Below the pieces are notes generated by a model. The model was given only the letters and a program-made list of their open reading frames with translations. It was not told where the DNA came from and did not search any database. Positions 8,851 to 17,045 of a stretch of 37,523 nucleotides of DNA are shown here, piece after piece. The translations under genes were made by a program, and so were the position numbers. Source of the DNA: Gammaproteobacteria bacterium. GTDB taxonomy: Bacteria > Pseudomonadota > Gammaproteobacteria > Ga0077536. Position 1 is the first letter of the stretch, and each line of letters begins with the position of its first letter. The stretch is taken from the NCBI GenBank assembly GCA_020851775.1, contig JADZCB010000024.1:1-37523 (forward strand). Reading direction: 5' to 3'.

Positions 8851-10269
8851 ATGAAGGTCTACGACAAACTCTACATCAACGGCGCCTGGGTGGCGCCGGT
8901 CGGCAAAGGCATGATCGACGCGACCTGCGCGTCGACCGAAGAAGTCGTCACGCGCATTCCGGAAGGCGTGAAGGAAGATGCCGACCGTGCGGTCGCCGCT
9001 GCCCGCGCCGCGTTCGACACGTGGTCCCGGACGTCCATCGCCGAACGTGCCGCGGTGCTCGAGAAGATCGCCGCCGGCATGGAAGCGCGCAAGAAGGACG
9101 TCGCGCTCGCGATCGCGACCGAAGTCGGCATGCCGTTCAAGATGGCGAATGCGATTCAGGCCAGCCTGCCGATCGGCGCGGCGAAGACCTACGCCGAGTT
9201 GCTGAAGACGTATGCGTTCGAAGAGCAGATCGGATCTTCGCTGGTCGTGCGCGAGCCGATCGGCGTCGTCGCCGCGATCACGCCGTGGAACTTCCCGATC
9301 AACCAGATCATGCTGAAGGTCGCGCCCGCACTGGCCGCGGGCTGCACCGTCGTGCTGAAGCCGAGCGAAGTCGCGCCGACGACGGCCTTCATCCTCGCCG
9401 AGGTGCTGCACGAGATCGGCCTGCCGCCGGGCGTGTTCAATCTCGTCACGGGCTTCGGTCCGGTCGTCGGCGAGGCGCTCGCCGCGCATCCGGACGTCGA
9501 CATGGTGTCTTTCACCGGGTCGACCCGCGCCGGTCGTCGCGTCGCCGAAGTCGCCGCACAGACCGTCAAGCGCGTTGCACTGGAACTCGGCGGCAAGTCG
9601 CCGCACGTAATCCTCGAGGATGCCGATCTCGAGAAGGCCGTGAAGGCCGGCGTCAACGAGTGCTATCTGAACTCTGGCCAGGCCTGCATCGCGCCGACGC
9701 GCATGCTCGCACCGAAGTCGAAATACGAGGAAGTCGTCAAGCTCGCGAAGGCGGCCGCGGAGAGCTTCACCGTCGGCGATCCGATCAATGGCGACGTCAA
9801 GCTCGGGCCGCTGATCTCGGCGGTACAGCGCGATCGCGTCGTCGGCTACATCGAGAAGGGGATCGCGGAAGGCGCACGCCTGGTGACCGGCGGTCCGGAG
9901 AAGCCGGAAGGTCTCGACAAGGGCTACTACGTCAAGCCGACCGTGTTCGCCGACGTGAACAACGACATGACGATCGCCCGCGAGGAGATTTTCGGACCGG
10001 TGCTGACGATCATCCCGTTCGACGATGAGCAGGACGCGGTCCGCATCGCCAACGACACGATCTACGGACTCGGCGGCAACGTGTGGGCCGGCACCAAGGA
10101 GCACGGTATCGAGGTCGCGAAGCGGATTCGCACCGGACAGATTTCCGTCAACGGCGGCCGTTACAACCCACTCGCGCCGTTCGGCGGCTACAAGCAGTCC
10201 GGCCTCGGTCGCGAAGCCGGCAAATTCGGCCTCGAGGAATTCCTGGAAGTGAAGTCGCTGCAGCTCTGA
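8851..10269 (+). CDS. NAD(P)-dependent aldehyde dehydrogenase
   Basis: 472-aa ORF with GGAG 6 nt upstream. ALDH motifs present: ITPWNFP, ELGGKSP (catalytic Glu), NSGQACIAP (catalytic Cys), EEIFGPV. Confidence 0.95.
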   Translation: MKVYDKLYINGAWVAPVGKGMIDATCASTEEVVTRIPEGVKEDADRAVAAARAAFDTWSRTSIAERAAVLEKIAAGMEARKKDVALAIATEVGMPFKMANAIQASLPIGAAKTYAELLKTYAFEEQIGSSLVVREPIGVVAAITPWNFPINQIMLKVAPALAAGCTVVLKPSEVAPTTAFILAEVLHEIGLPPGVFNLVTGFGPVVGEALAAHPDVDMVSFTGSTRAGRRVAEVAAQTVKRVALELGGKSPHVILEDADLEKAVKAGVNECYLNSGQACIAPTRMLAPKSKYEEVVKLAKAAAESFTVGDPINGDVKLGPLISAVQRDRVVGYIEKGIAEGARLVTGGPEKPEGLDKGYYVKPTVFADVNNDMTIAREEIFGPVLTIIPFDDEQDAVRIANDTIYGLGGNVWAGTKEHGIEVAKRIRTGQISVNGGRYNPLAPFGGYKQSGLGREAGKFGLEEFLEVKSLQL

Positions 10270-10282
10270 GTACGCGCCATGC

Positions 10283-10305
10283 GCGGCGGGCCCAAGGCCC
10301 GCCGC
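10283..10305 (+). terminator. GC-rich hairpin downstream of the aldehyde dehydrogenase gene
   Basis: gcggcgggcc-caa-ggcccgccgc is a perfect 10-bp stem 14 nt after the stop. No clear T-tract, so terminator function is tentative. Confidence 0.4.
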
Positions 10306-10338
10306 CTGTGGTAGCCATTTCTGGTGACAGACTGCTTT

Positions 10339-10463
10339 TGCCACAGAGAACACCGAGGGCGGAAATTGATCGCAGCCGCCCCGGTCTCGGCGCCGGGTGT
10401 CGTGATCGCGTCACGCAAGCGCAGGCCCAAACGGTCTCTTTCTTCTCGGTGTTCCCGGTGGCA
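10339..10463. repeat. Intergenic inverted-repeat element (MITE/BIME-like), arms TGCCACAGAGAACACCGAGG / CTCGGTGTTCCCGGTGGCA
   Basis: The arms at 10339-10358 and 10445-10463 are reverse complements at 17 of 19 positions. The element lies between convergent genes. The left arm is identical to the reverse complement of 12897-12916. The right arm is identical to the reverse complement of 26426-26444. Confidence 0.7.
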
Positions 10464-10498
10464 AGTGCAGCTTATGAGGAAGGCAAGACCGCGACGGT

Positions 10499-11638
10499 TC
10501 AAACACGCAGGCCCGCCTGCTTCATCAACGGCAGGACTTTCTCGCCGAAGTATTTCAGCTCTTCGTAATAATCGAGCCAGGACAGGATGAAGCCTTCGAT
10601 ACCGAGCCCGTGGAGCTCGACCATCATCGCGACGACCTGCTCGGGTGTGCCGACCAGCGGGTAGCCACCCCACCCGGCGATGAAGCGTTCGCCGAAGTGC
10701 CTGATCTGCTCGTTGAACGAACTGCTCTCGATACCAAGCAGGTTCATGATGTTGTGCACGGCCTCCCAGTCGCCGCCGGCGACGATGCGGTCGTACAGCG
10801 CCCGCGCCTCGGCCTCGGTGTCGCGGCAGCAGACGAGACCGTAGCTCATCACGCCGCAGGTCCGGCCATAGCCGCGCGCGCGCTGCCTGATGTCTGCGAC
10901 CATGCCGCTCGCCTGGTCCCTGGTCGCCATCGTCACGAAGTTGAAGTCGACGTTGCGGGCCGAGAAGTCCCGGCCTTCCTCGGAATTGCCGGCGTTGATC
11001 AGCACCGGGTACGGCTGCTGCACGGGCTTCGGCAGCAGGAAGCCGCCCTTGACGCGGTAGTACCCGCCTTCGTGGTCGAAATCCTGCTCCGTCCACGCGC
11101 GCTTCATCACGGTGAGCCATTCTTCGGCCATGCCGTAACGCACGTCGTGCGCGAGCTGTTCGACGCCGAACATTTCGATTTCCGGCCGGAACCAGCCACA
11201 GACGACGTTGAGGCCGAAACGGCCGTGCGAGATGTTGTCGATCGTCGCGGCCTGCTTCGCCGCGAACAGCGGATGCACCGTCGGCACATGCGACGTCGCG
11301 AACGTCATGATCCGTTGCGTGTTGCAGGCGAGTGCCGTGGCCCAGGTAAAGACCTCCATGTTGTTCGCATTGAACTGCGTGGTGCCACCGAAATGTTTCC
11401 AGCGCCCGACCGGCACGAGCATCTCGAAGCCGAGCTCGTCGGCGAGCTTCGCGATCTTCACGTTGTGCTCGTAGGTCGGCACGAACGTCGTCTCGGCGTG
11501 CGTGATCGTGCAGCCGTTGCTGCAGTTGGTGCCGAAGATGCCGAGCTTGAGCGGATTGGCGTTGTAGAGAGGCACGTGGGCGCGTCGCCAGGCGGCGACA
11601 TCGTCCGGATGCGGGTGCTCCCTGGGATCTGGATTCAT
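10499..11638 (-). CDS. LLM-class FMNH2-dependent monooxygenase (RutA/SfnG/SsuD-like)
   Basis: ORF 10499..11722 trimmed to the ATG at 11636-11638 (GGAGGA about 10 nt upstream), 379 aa. The blocks PLKLGIFGTNCSNG, ISHGRFGLNVVCGWFRPE and VLINAGNSEEGRDFSARNVDFNF align by eye with RutA/SfnG-type luciferase-like monooxygenases. Confidence 0.88.
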   Translation of the reverse strand: MNPDPREHPHPDDVAAWRRAHVPLYNANPLKLGIFGTNCSNGCTITHAETTFVPTYEHNVKIAKLADELGFEMLVPVGRWKHFGGTTQFNANNMEVFTWATALACNTQRIMTFATSHVPTVHPLFAAKQAATIDNISHGRFGLNVVCGWFRPEIEMFGVEQLAHDVRYGMAEEWLTVMKRAWTEQDFDHEGGYYRVKGGFLLPKPVQQPYPVLINAGNSEEGRDFSARNVDFNFVTMATRDQASGMVADIRQRARGYGRTCGVMSYGLVCCRDTEAEARALYDRIVAGGDWEAVHNIMNLLGIESSSFNEQIRHFGERFIAGWGGYPLVGTPEQVVAMMVELHGLGIEGFILSWLDYYEELKYFGEKVLPLMKQAGLRV

Positions 11639-11867
11639 GGTGTCTCGTTCCTCCGGCCCGACGCAGACAGGCCAGCGATGTAAGGGATCCGGACGCGCCG
11701 GCGCGGCGGATCCCGGCAGCATGCCGCGAAACTCCGGAAGGTGCAGCGTTCGCCATCGGCCGGGTTATTCAAGCCCCCGGTCGCAACGAGGTCAAGCGAA
11801 CACCAGCGCTACCCTACCCTCATATCGGGGACAATGCGCACATCGCGAACAGTGCACGCCGACGATC

Positions 11868-12416
11868 ATGGGAAAGATGCATACCGTCCTCTATTTCGCC
11901 TATGGCTCGAACCTGCATCCGTTGCGCATGGCCGAGCGGCTCGCGGATCCGCGGTTGCTCGGCACGGCGAGCCTGCCCGGCTGGACACGCGTGTTCGACA
12001 AGCGCGGGCGAGACGGCTCCGGCAAGTGCTCGATTGTCCAGGCCGACGACATGCTCCACGGTGCGCTCTACGCACTGACACCGGCGGACAAGGCGCGACT
12101 CGACGTGATCGAGGGTCGCGGCACCGGCTACGACACGCTGGAAGTCGAGATGCCCGGCGTTGGCACCGCGAGCACCTATGTGGCCCGCGCCGATGCGCGC
12201 GCGAGCGGGCTCGCCATCTTCGACTGGTACCTCGGACTCGTCGTCGCCGGTGCACATCATCTGCGTTTTCCGGCTGCCTGCATCGCGCGGCTGCGCGCGC
12301 TGCCGTCCGTGCCGGATCCCGATCACGAACGCGCGGCCGTGCATGCACGTCTGCTCGCCGCGTGTGCCACGATGCCGCCCCTCGCGCGCGTTCCACCGTC
12401 TGCGCCGACGCAGTAA
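11868..12416 (+). CDS. Gamma-glutamylcyclotransferase (AIG2/GGCT-like) family protein
   Basis: ORF 11637..12416 trimmed to the ATG at 11868 (ATG at 11877 is an alternative). N terminus LYFAYGSNLHPLRMAERL is the GGCT-fold YGSN signature. About 182 aa. Confidence 0.75.
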   Translation: MGKMHTVLYFAYGSNLHPLRMAERLADPRLLGTASLPGWTRVFDKRGRDGSGKCSIVQADDMLHGALYALTPADKARLDVIEGRGTGYDTLEVEMPGVGTASTYVARADARASGLAIFDWYLGLVVAGAHHLRFPAACIARLRALPSVPDPDHERAAVHARLLAACATMPPLARVPPSAPTQ

Positions 12417-12465
12417 GCTGGCGGCCCCGACGGCATACCCGCCGTTTTCGACCGACACTTTTTCG

Positions 12466-12798
12466 ATGGAGGCAATGATGGAAGTGATGATGTGGGCCAA
12501 GCTCGCCAAGCCCGAAGGTGCGACGAACAAGGAATTCTTCGAGGTATGGCGACAGGAATCGGTCGCGGCGATCGAGGCCTGGCGCGCCGGCACGATCAAG
12601 GCGATCTGGAAAGTGGCCGGCAAGTATGAAGTCGTCGCGGTGATGGAAGTCCAGAGCGGTGACGACCTCGACGCGATCGTGCACAGCCTGCCGATCTGGA
12701 AGCTCGGCTACGCGCACATCGTGCCCCAGATCGACTGGATCCCGCTGCGGTCCTACGAAAACTGGGGCAAGCAGCTCGCGGAGCTGGCGAAGGGCTGA
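12466..12798 (+). CDS. Muconolactone delta-isomerase-like small protein
   Basis: ORF 12160..12798 trimmed. Candidate in-frame starts are ATG at 12466, 12475, 12478, 12487 and 12490, and the true start is ambiguous. About 100-110 aa. The segment TIKAIWKVAGKYEVVAVMEVQSGDDLDAIVHSLPIWKLGY resembles the muconolactone isomerase ferredoxin-like fold (WR[IL]AG...V[FM]DV.S...L..L...LP). Confidence 0.7.
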   Translation: MEAMMEVMMWAKLAKPEGATNKEFFEVWRQESVAAIEAWRAGTIKAIWKVAGKYEVVAVMEVQSGDDLDAIVHSLPIWKLGYAHIVPQIDWIPLRSYENWGKQLAELAKG

Positions 12799-12817
12799 GT
12801 TGCGGCGGCCTTTTGTT

Positions 12818-12945
12818 TGCCACCGAACACAGAGATCTGAAAATGATGGACGCGCCAATGCGGCGCGTGAGTCATCAACCGTGAATCCCTCGGTGTCCTC
12901 GGTGTTCTCTGTGGCAAGTCAGGAACATCCGAGGCACCGAGGCTC
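12818..12945. repeat. Intergenic inverted-repeat element copy with tandem CACCGAGG octamers
   Basis: Left arm TGCCACCGAACACAGAGA (12818-12835). Right arm CCTCGGTGTTCTCTGTGGCA (12897-12916) is 20/20 identical to the reverse complement of 10339-10358. Extra CCTCGGTG (12888-12895) and CACCGAGG (12935-12942) copies are present. The tail GGAACATCCGAG resembles 17289-17300. Confidence 0.7.
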
Positions 12946-12953
12946 CAAACCGG

Positions 12954-14021
12954 TTACTTCACCCGCGGCATGATCTCGCGCGAGAAGGCTTCGACGGTCT
13001 TCTGGTTGTCGATGATCGGCTGGATCGCGACCTGGTGAATGCCGGCTTTCTTCATGTTGCGGATCGACTCGACGACTTCGTCGGCCGTGCCCGTCAGCGT
13101 CGTCGCGCGGATGATTTTCTCGGTCACCACCGGTTCGTGCTCCTTCTTGAAGCCCAGCAGGTAGTCCGAATACATCTTGAGGTGACGCGTCTCGATCGGG
13201 CCTTCGGGTACCTTGTAGATGTCCTTGAAGGCGACGATGTCGTCGCGCAGATCGGCCGGCAGCGTCTGCGGATCCGGGTTCGACAGCGCGAAGATGTTCG
13301 TCGACGAGGCGACGAACGGACCGACGGCCTGACGCACTTCGGAGGTCTCGAGCTTTTCGCCCGGCTGGGTCAGGTGGAAAGCCGTCATGACGAGCGCATA
13401 GACGTCCTTCGGGTTGCGACCCACCCGCTCGGCGCCGGCGTAGACGTGCTCCATCACGAACTCGATCAGCGACGGGCTGACTGCGCCGAAGAGGATGACA
13501 CCATCCGCCATCTCGCCCGCCATCTCGAGGCTCTTCGGACCGCTCGCGGCGATGTAGATCGGAATCTTCGTCTTGATGTTGTACCAGTCCGCGTCCGGGT
13601 TCAGGAAGCGGATCTTGCGGTGACGCGCGCCTTCGGTGTAGTCGGTGGTCTTGCCTTCGAAGAGGTCGCGACAGATCCGGATGTGCTCACGCATCACGTC
13701 CAGCTTCGCGGCCGGCATGCCGAGCGTGCGGCGTGCCGTGTTGCCGGTGCCGATCCCGAGAATCGTGCGACCCGGCGCCAGTTCGTTGACCGTCGCAATC
13801 GAGTTCGCGGTCACCGGCGCGATGCGCGACTCCGGGTTGGTGACACCGGTGCCGAGCGCGATCTTCGTCGTGTTGATCGCGCACAGCGCCATGCTCGCGT
13901 ACGGATCGCTGAACAGCATCTGCGAGTCGTACAGCCACGCGTGCGTGAAGCCGTGCTGCTCGGCGAAGGCGACGTCCTTGTGAATGTGGATCGCCGCCGG
14001 AAAGACAAAACCGTAATCCAT
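12954..14021 (-). CDS. LLM-class flavin/F420-type oxidoreductase (Mer-like)
   Basis: 355-aa ORF. Luciferase-like TIM-barrel blocks are present: FGFTHAWLYDSQ, LGTGVTNPESRIAPVTA, GRTILGIGTGN, IPIYIAASGPKSLEMAGE. It is the last gene of the minus-strand SCP2-like / hydrolase / LLM operon. Confidence 0.88.
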   Translation of the reverse strand: MDYGFVFPAAIHIHKDVAFAEQHGFTHAWLYDSQMLFSDPYASMALCAINTTKIALGTGVTNPESRIAPVTANSIATVNELAPGRTILGIGTGNTARRTLGMPAAKLDVMREHIRICRDLFEGKTTDYTEGARHRKIRFLNPDADWYNIKTKIPIYIAASGPKSLEMAGEMADGVILFGAVSPSLIEFVMEHVYAGAERVGRNPKDVYALVMTAFHLTQPGEKLETSEVRQAVGPFVASSTNIFALSNPDPQTLPADLRDDIVAFKDIYKVPEGPIETRHLKMYSDYLLGFKKEHEPVVTEKIIRATTLTGTADEVVESIRNMKKAGIHQVAIQPIIDNQKTVEAFSREIMPRVK

Positions 14022-14074
14022 CGTTGCTTACCTTGGTTGAGTGGAGGCCCGGCGCGCGGGCGCCGGGCCCGGGA

Positions 14075-14887
14075 TCAGGACAGCACGCCGTGCCGGCGGC
14101 AGAAGTCCGTGATTATCTTGCAGATCAGTTTCGGGTCCTCGAACATCGGGTAGTGGCCGATGTTCTTCAGGTGCCTGATTTCGGCACCCTTGATCGCCTT
14201 CGCCGTTTCCTCGGCGAGCTCGCGCGGCAGCCAGAAATCGTCCTCGCCGCGGACGACGAGCATCGGGCAGCCGACGTTCTTCAGCTTCGCAAGCACGTCG
14301 TGCCGGGCCCAGCCTTCGAGGTCGCCGACGGCGCTGACCTGCGCATTGCGATGCTGCCAGCGCAGTTCCTCGATCTGCGCGGCACTGCAATTGCGATTCA
14401 GCGATTCGATCGCGGCGCGCTCCATCATGTCCTGCCAGCCCGGCGCCCATGCCGGGTGCACCATCGACGACGGCAACGGGAAGGTCGGCGAACGGCCGAG
14501 ACCCTCCATCGGCACGCCGGCGGCGAGTTCGCGCCAGTGATATGCCGCGTAGTCGAGCGTGATGTCGCCGCCGATCGAACAACCGATCAGCACCGGATTC
14601 TTCAGCCTCAGAGTCTTGATGAAGGCGTGGACGAACTCGGCGTGTTCGTGAATCGTGCGGTGTTGCTGCCAGTTCACCGGGTACGACCGGGAATGACCCG
14701 GCAGGTCCAGCGCATAGGCGTGGAAGCCCTGCTCGGCGAACATCGGCAGGATGTACTGGTATTCGAGCGAGTTCGCGCCCGCGGTGTGCACGCATACGAT
14801 CGGCTGGCCTTCCCCGATGTCGTCGTAGAACGTGCGCGTGCCCTTGACCTTGACGTAGTTGCCGCGAATGTCTTCTGGCGTTGCCAT
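14075..14887 (-). CDS. Alpha/beta-fold hydrolase (paralog A)
   Basis: ORF 14075..14920 trimmed to the ATG at 14885-14887 (GGAG 9 nt upstream; the 14920 ATG has no RBS), 270 aa. Has PIVCVHTAG, nucleophile elbow GCSIGG (GxSxG) and IGHYPMFEDP (catalytic His region). Confidence 0.85.
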   Translation of the reverse strand: MATPEDIRGNYVKVKGTRTFYDDIGEGQPIVCVHTAGANSLEYQYILPMFAEQGFHAYALDLPGHSRSYPVNWQQHRTIHEHAEFVHAFIKTLRLKNPVLIGCSIGGDITLDYAAYHWRELAAGVPMEGLGRSPTFPLPSSMVHPAWAPGWQDMMERAAIESLNRNCSAAQIEELRWQHRNAQVSAVGDLEGWARHDVLAKLKNVGCPMLVVRGEDDFWLPRELAEETAKAIKGAEIRHLKNIGHYPMFEDPKLICKIITDFCRRHGVLS

Positions 14888-14909
14888 GAGCGTGTGACTC
14901 CGGTCTGCG

Positions 14910-15338
14910 TTAGCGGGCATTGGCCGCGTCTTTGAGGGTATAGGCGAGCACGAACATCGCCTCGGTCATGCGCATCGCCTCGAGCCTGTTGCCCTCGGTC
15001 GCGATCACGACTTCCATTTCTCCTACCCGTCTGAGTTTCGGGTCGTCGTCGAAGTAGCGCTTCCCCGGGAATGTCAGATCGGCCCAGCGCCGCTTGCCCG
15101 ACAGCAGGAGTTTCCAGCCGGCCTCGGTGCCGCTGAACTTAAAGGTGTAGCCGAACGGCGGCACGGTCGTGTCCTGATCGATGACCTTGCCGCGATAGAT
15201 CTTGAGCCACAGCCGGTCGTCGTCGACTTCCAGCAGCACCGAACCGTCGAACCACGCAGTCTGCGTGACGAACTCCGCATTCGCGTTCAGTGCCTTGACG
15301 AAACGCCGCTGGAACGCGGAGTTGGCAAGAAACGACAT
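14910..15338 (-). CDS. SCP2 (sterol-carrier)-like small protein (paralog A)
   Basis: ORF 14910..15521 trimmed to the ATG at 15336-15338 (GAGGGGA upstream), 142 aa. The pattern ...LLEVDDDRLWLKIYRGKV...YTFKFSGTEAGWKLLL...VIATEGNRLEAMRMTEAM resembles SCP2 (..V.V.NGK...AD..L....D...L..GKLKI.GNM..AMKL). Assignment by eye only. Confidence 0.6.
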   Translation of the reverse strand: MSFLANSAFQRRFVKALNANAEFVTQTAWFDGSVLLEVDDDRLWLKIYRGKVIDQDTTVPPFGYTFKFSGTEAGWKLLLSGKRRWADLTFPGKRYFDDDPKLRRVGEMEVVIATEGNRLEAMRMTEAMFVLAYTLKDAANAR

Positions 15339-15636
15339 GAGTGATGTCCCCTCTGGTGATGGATGGTATCCGGCCCGGGTGCGGCGGGAGCGCGTCCGCG
15401 ATGCGCGGACCCCGGCCTGCCGTGCGGGTCTTGGACGGGTGCGCCTGGGCGCCTTGCCACCGACGGCGACCGATGGTCGCGCGGCTGCCGCATTCTGCTC
15501 ATTGCCGGTCGCGCTTGGCAAGGTGAAATCATGGACGAGAGCCTCGTAAATCCGTCACTTATCGTATTAGCAGAAGGGCCTGTTCCGTTTGTGCGATGGC
15601 CGTTCGCAGACCACCCTCGACGTCGGAATCCGCGCC

Positions 15637-15665
15637 TTGACAGGGTGGGATCGCGGGCGTCTACT
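15637..15665 (+). promoter_or_regulatory. Candidate sigma70-type promoter for the plus-strand SCP2-like / hydrolase pair
   Basis: TTGACA (15637-15642), 17-nt spacer, TCTACT (15660-15665), about 48 nt upstream of the ATG at 15714. Motif match only. Confidence 0.3.
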
Positions 15666-15713
15666 GCCGCCGCTGATGCACCGAGAATCCCTCAATTCAG
15701 CGGAGGTCCCACC

Positions 15714-16091
15714 ATGTTCGATACGTCCTGGATGAAACGCTGGCAGGACGCGGTCAATGCCAACGGCCCGATGAGCTGGATCGGCAAACACCTGACCGCC
15801 GACATCCTGCTCGGCTTTGGCGACGACGATGTCGTCGTGCATTTCAAGAACGGCAAGATCGAGAAGTTCACCGACCAGCTCGGTCCGGAAACGTGCTACC
15901 AGCTCGCGCTGCGGGCGCCGGCGGAAAGCTGGCAAAAGTTCTGCGAGAAGGTTCCGCCGCCGATGTACAACGACATCTGGGCGATGGCGCACCCGCTGCA
16001 TGGCCGCCTGAAGATGGAAGGCGATCAAAAGGTGCTGTGGCAGAACATGCGCGCGCTGTTCTGGGCTTTCGATCGCATGCGCGAAGTCTGA
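15714..16091 (+). CDS. SCP2 (sterol-carrier)-like small protein (paralog B)
   Basis: ORF 15363..16091 trimmed to the ATG at 15714 (GGAGG at 15702-15706), 125 aa. The segments DVVVHFKNGKIEKF...LALRAPAESWQKF...HGRLKMEGDQKVLWQNMRAL are SCP2-like and share the overall pattern of the protein at 14910-15338. Confidence 0.6.
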   Translation: MFDTSWMKRWQDAVNANGPMSWIGKHLTADILLGFGDDDVVVHFKNGKIEKFTDQLGPETCYQLALRAPAESWQKFCEKVPPPMYNDIWAMAHPLHGRLKMEGDQKVLWQNMRALFWAFDRMREV

Positions 16092-16120
16092 ACGCGTCAA
16101 CGCATTACGGGAGAACGTCA

Positions 16121-16978
16121 GTGTCAAAGATTGAACCTATCGTTGGCCGGTACGTGTGGGTGACCTACGAAGGCACCGAGTACCGCATGTATTTCGAGGA
16201 AGCGGGCAACCCGAACGGGATCCCGATGATCTGTCTGCACACCGCGGGCACCGACGGCCGCGAGTGGCGGCATCAGTTGTGCGACGAACGCATCGGCAAG
16301 CACTTCCGCACGATCGCGGTCGATCTCCCGCGCCACGGCAAGTCGATTCCACCGTATGACTGGTACAAGGAGAACGAGGAATACAAGCTGACCTCCACGT
16401 TCTACAGCGGCATCGTGATGGCGTTCAGCAAGGCGCTGGGGCTCGATCGGCCGGTGATCATGGGCAGCTCGATGGGCGGCAACATCTGCCTCCATCTCGC
16501 GAAGGACTACGAGAACGACGTGCGCGCGCTGATCGCGGTCGAAGCCTGCGAGTGGTCGCCGGGCTGGCACCTCGACTGGCTGCGCCATGCGCACATCCAC
16601 GGCGGCGAAGTCTGCGCGACCTCCGTGTTCGGCCTGATGGCTCCACAGAGCCCGGACAAGTACCGCTGGGAGACCTGGTGGTATTACTCGCAGGGCGGCC
16701 CGGGCATCTTCAAGGGCGATCTCTACTTCTACAGCTACAACCACGACTTCCGGGGCAAGACCCAGCAGCTCTCGGGCAAGGTGCCGATCTACTACATGAC
16801 CGGCGTCTACGACTTCGCCTGCACGCCCGAAATGACCGAAGAAGCGGCGCGCAACACGAAGAACTCCGAGTGCATCATCATGGAAGAGATCGGTCACTTC
16901 CCGATGAGCGAGAACCCGGACGTCTTCAACCGCTATCTGTACCCCGTCCTCGACAAGATCGTCGCCGCCAACAAGTGA
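16121..16978 (+). CDS. Alpha/beta-fold hydrolase (paralog B)
   Basis: ORF 15893..16978 trimmed to the in-frame GTG at 16121 (GGGAGA upstream), 285 aa. Has PMICLHTAG (compare PIVCVHTAG in paralog A), nucleophile elbow GSSMGG and IGHFPMSENP. Confidence 0.85.
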   Translation: MSKIEPIVGRYVWVTYEGTEYRMYFEEAGNPNGIPMICLHTAGTDGREWRHQLCDERIGKHFRTIAVDLPRHGKSIPPYDWYKENEEYKLTSTFYSGIVMAFSKALGLDRPVIMGSSMGGNICLHLAKDYENDVRALIAVEACEWSPGWHLDWLRHAHIHGGEVCATSVFGLMAPQSPDKYRWETWWYYSQGGPGIFKGDLYFYSYNHDFRGKTQQLSGKVPIYYMTGVYDFACTPEMTEEAARNTKNSECIIMEEIGHFPMSENPDVFNRYLYPVLDKIVAANK

Positions 16979-16986
16979 GCGAGCAG

Positions 16987-17013
16987 ACCGGGCGCCGCAG
17001 GCGCCCGGTTTTC
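16987..17013 (+). terminator. Intrinsic-terminator-like hairpin after hydrolase paralog B
   Basis: accgggcgc-cgcag-gcgcccggt is a perfect 9-bp stem, followed by TTTT, 9 nt after the stop at 16978. Confidence 0.5.
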
Positions 17014-17045
17014 CCGTCTGGCGCGCCCCCGCGGATGCCTGTTTT

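Noticed and set aside
8788-11756. Minus-strand ORFs 8788..10353 (521 aa) and 10188..11756 (522 aa)
   Set aside because: The first is antisense to the aldehyde dehydrogenase. The second is an out-of-frame overlap of the LLM gene and the repeat-filled intergenic region. Both have Arg/Gly/Ala-rich low-complexity products.
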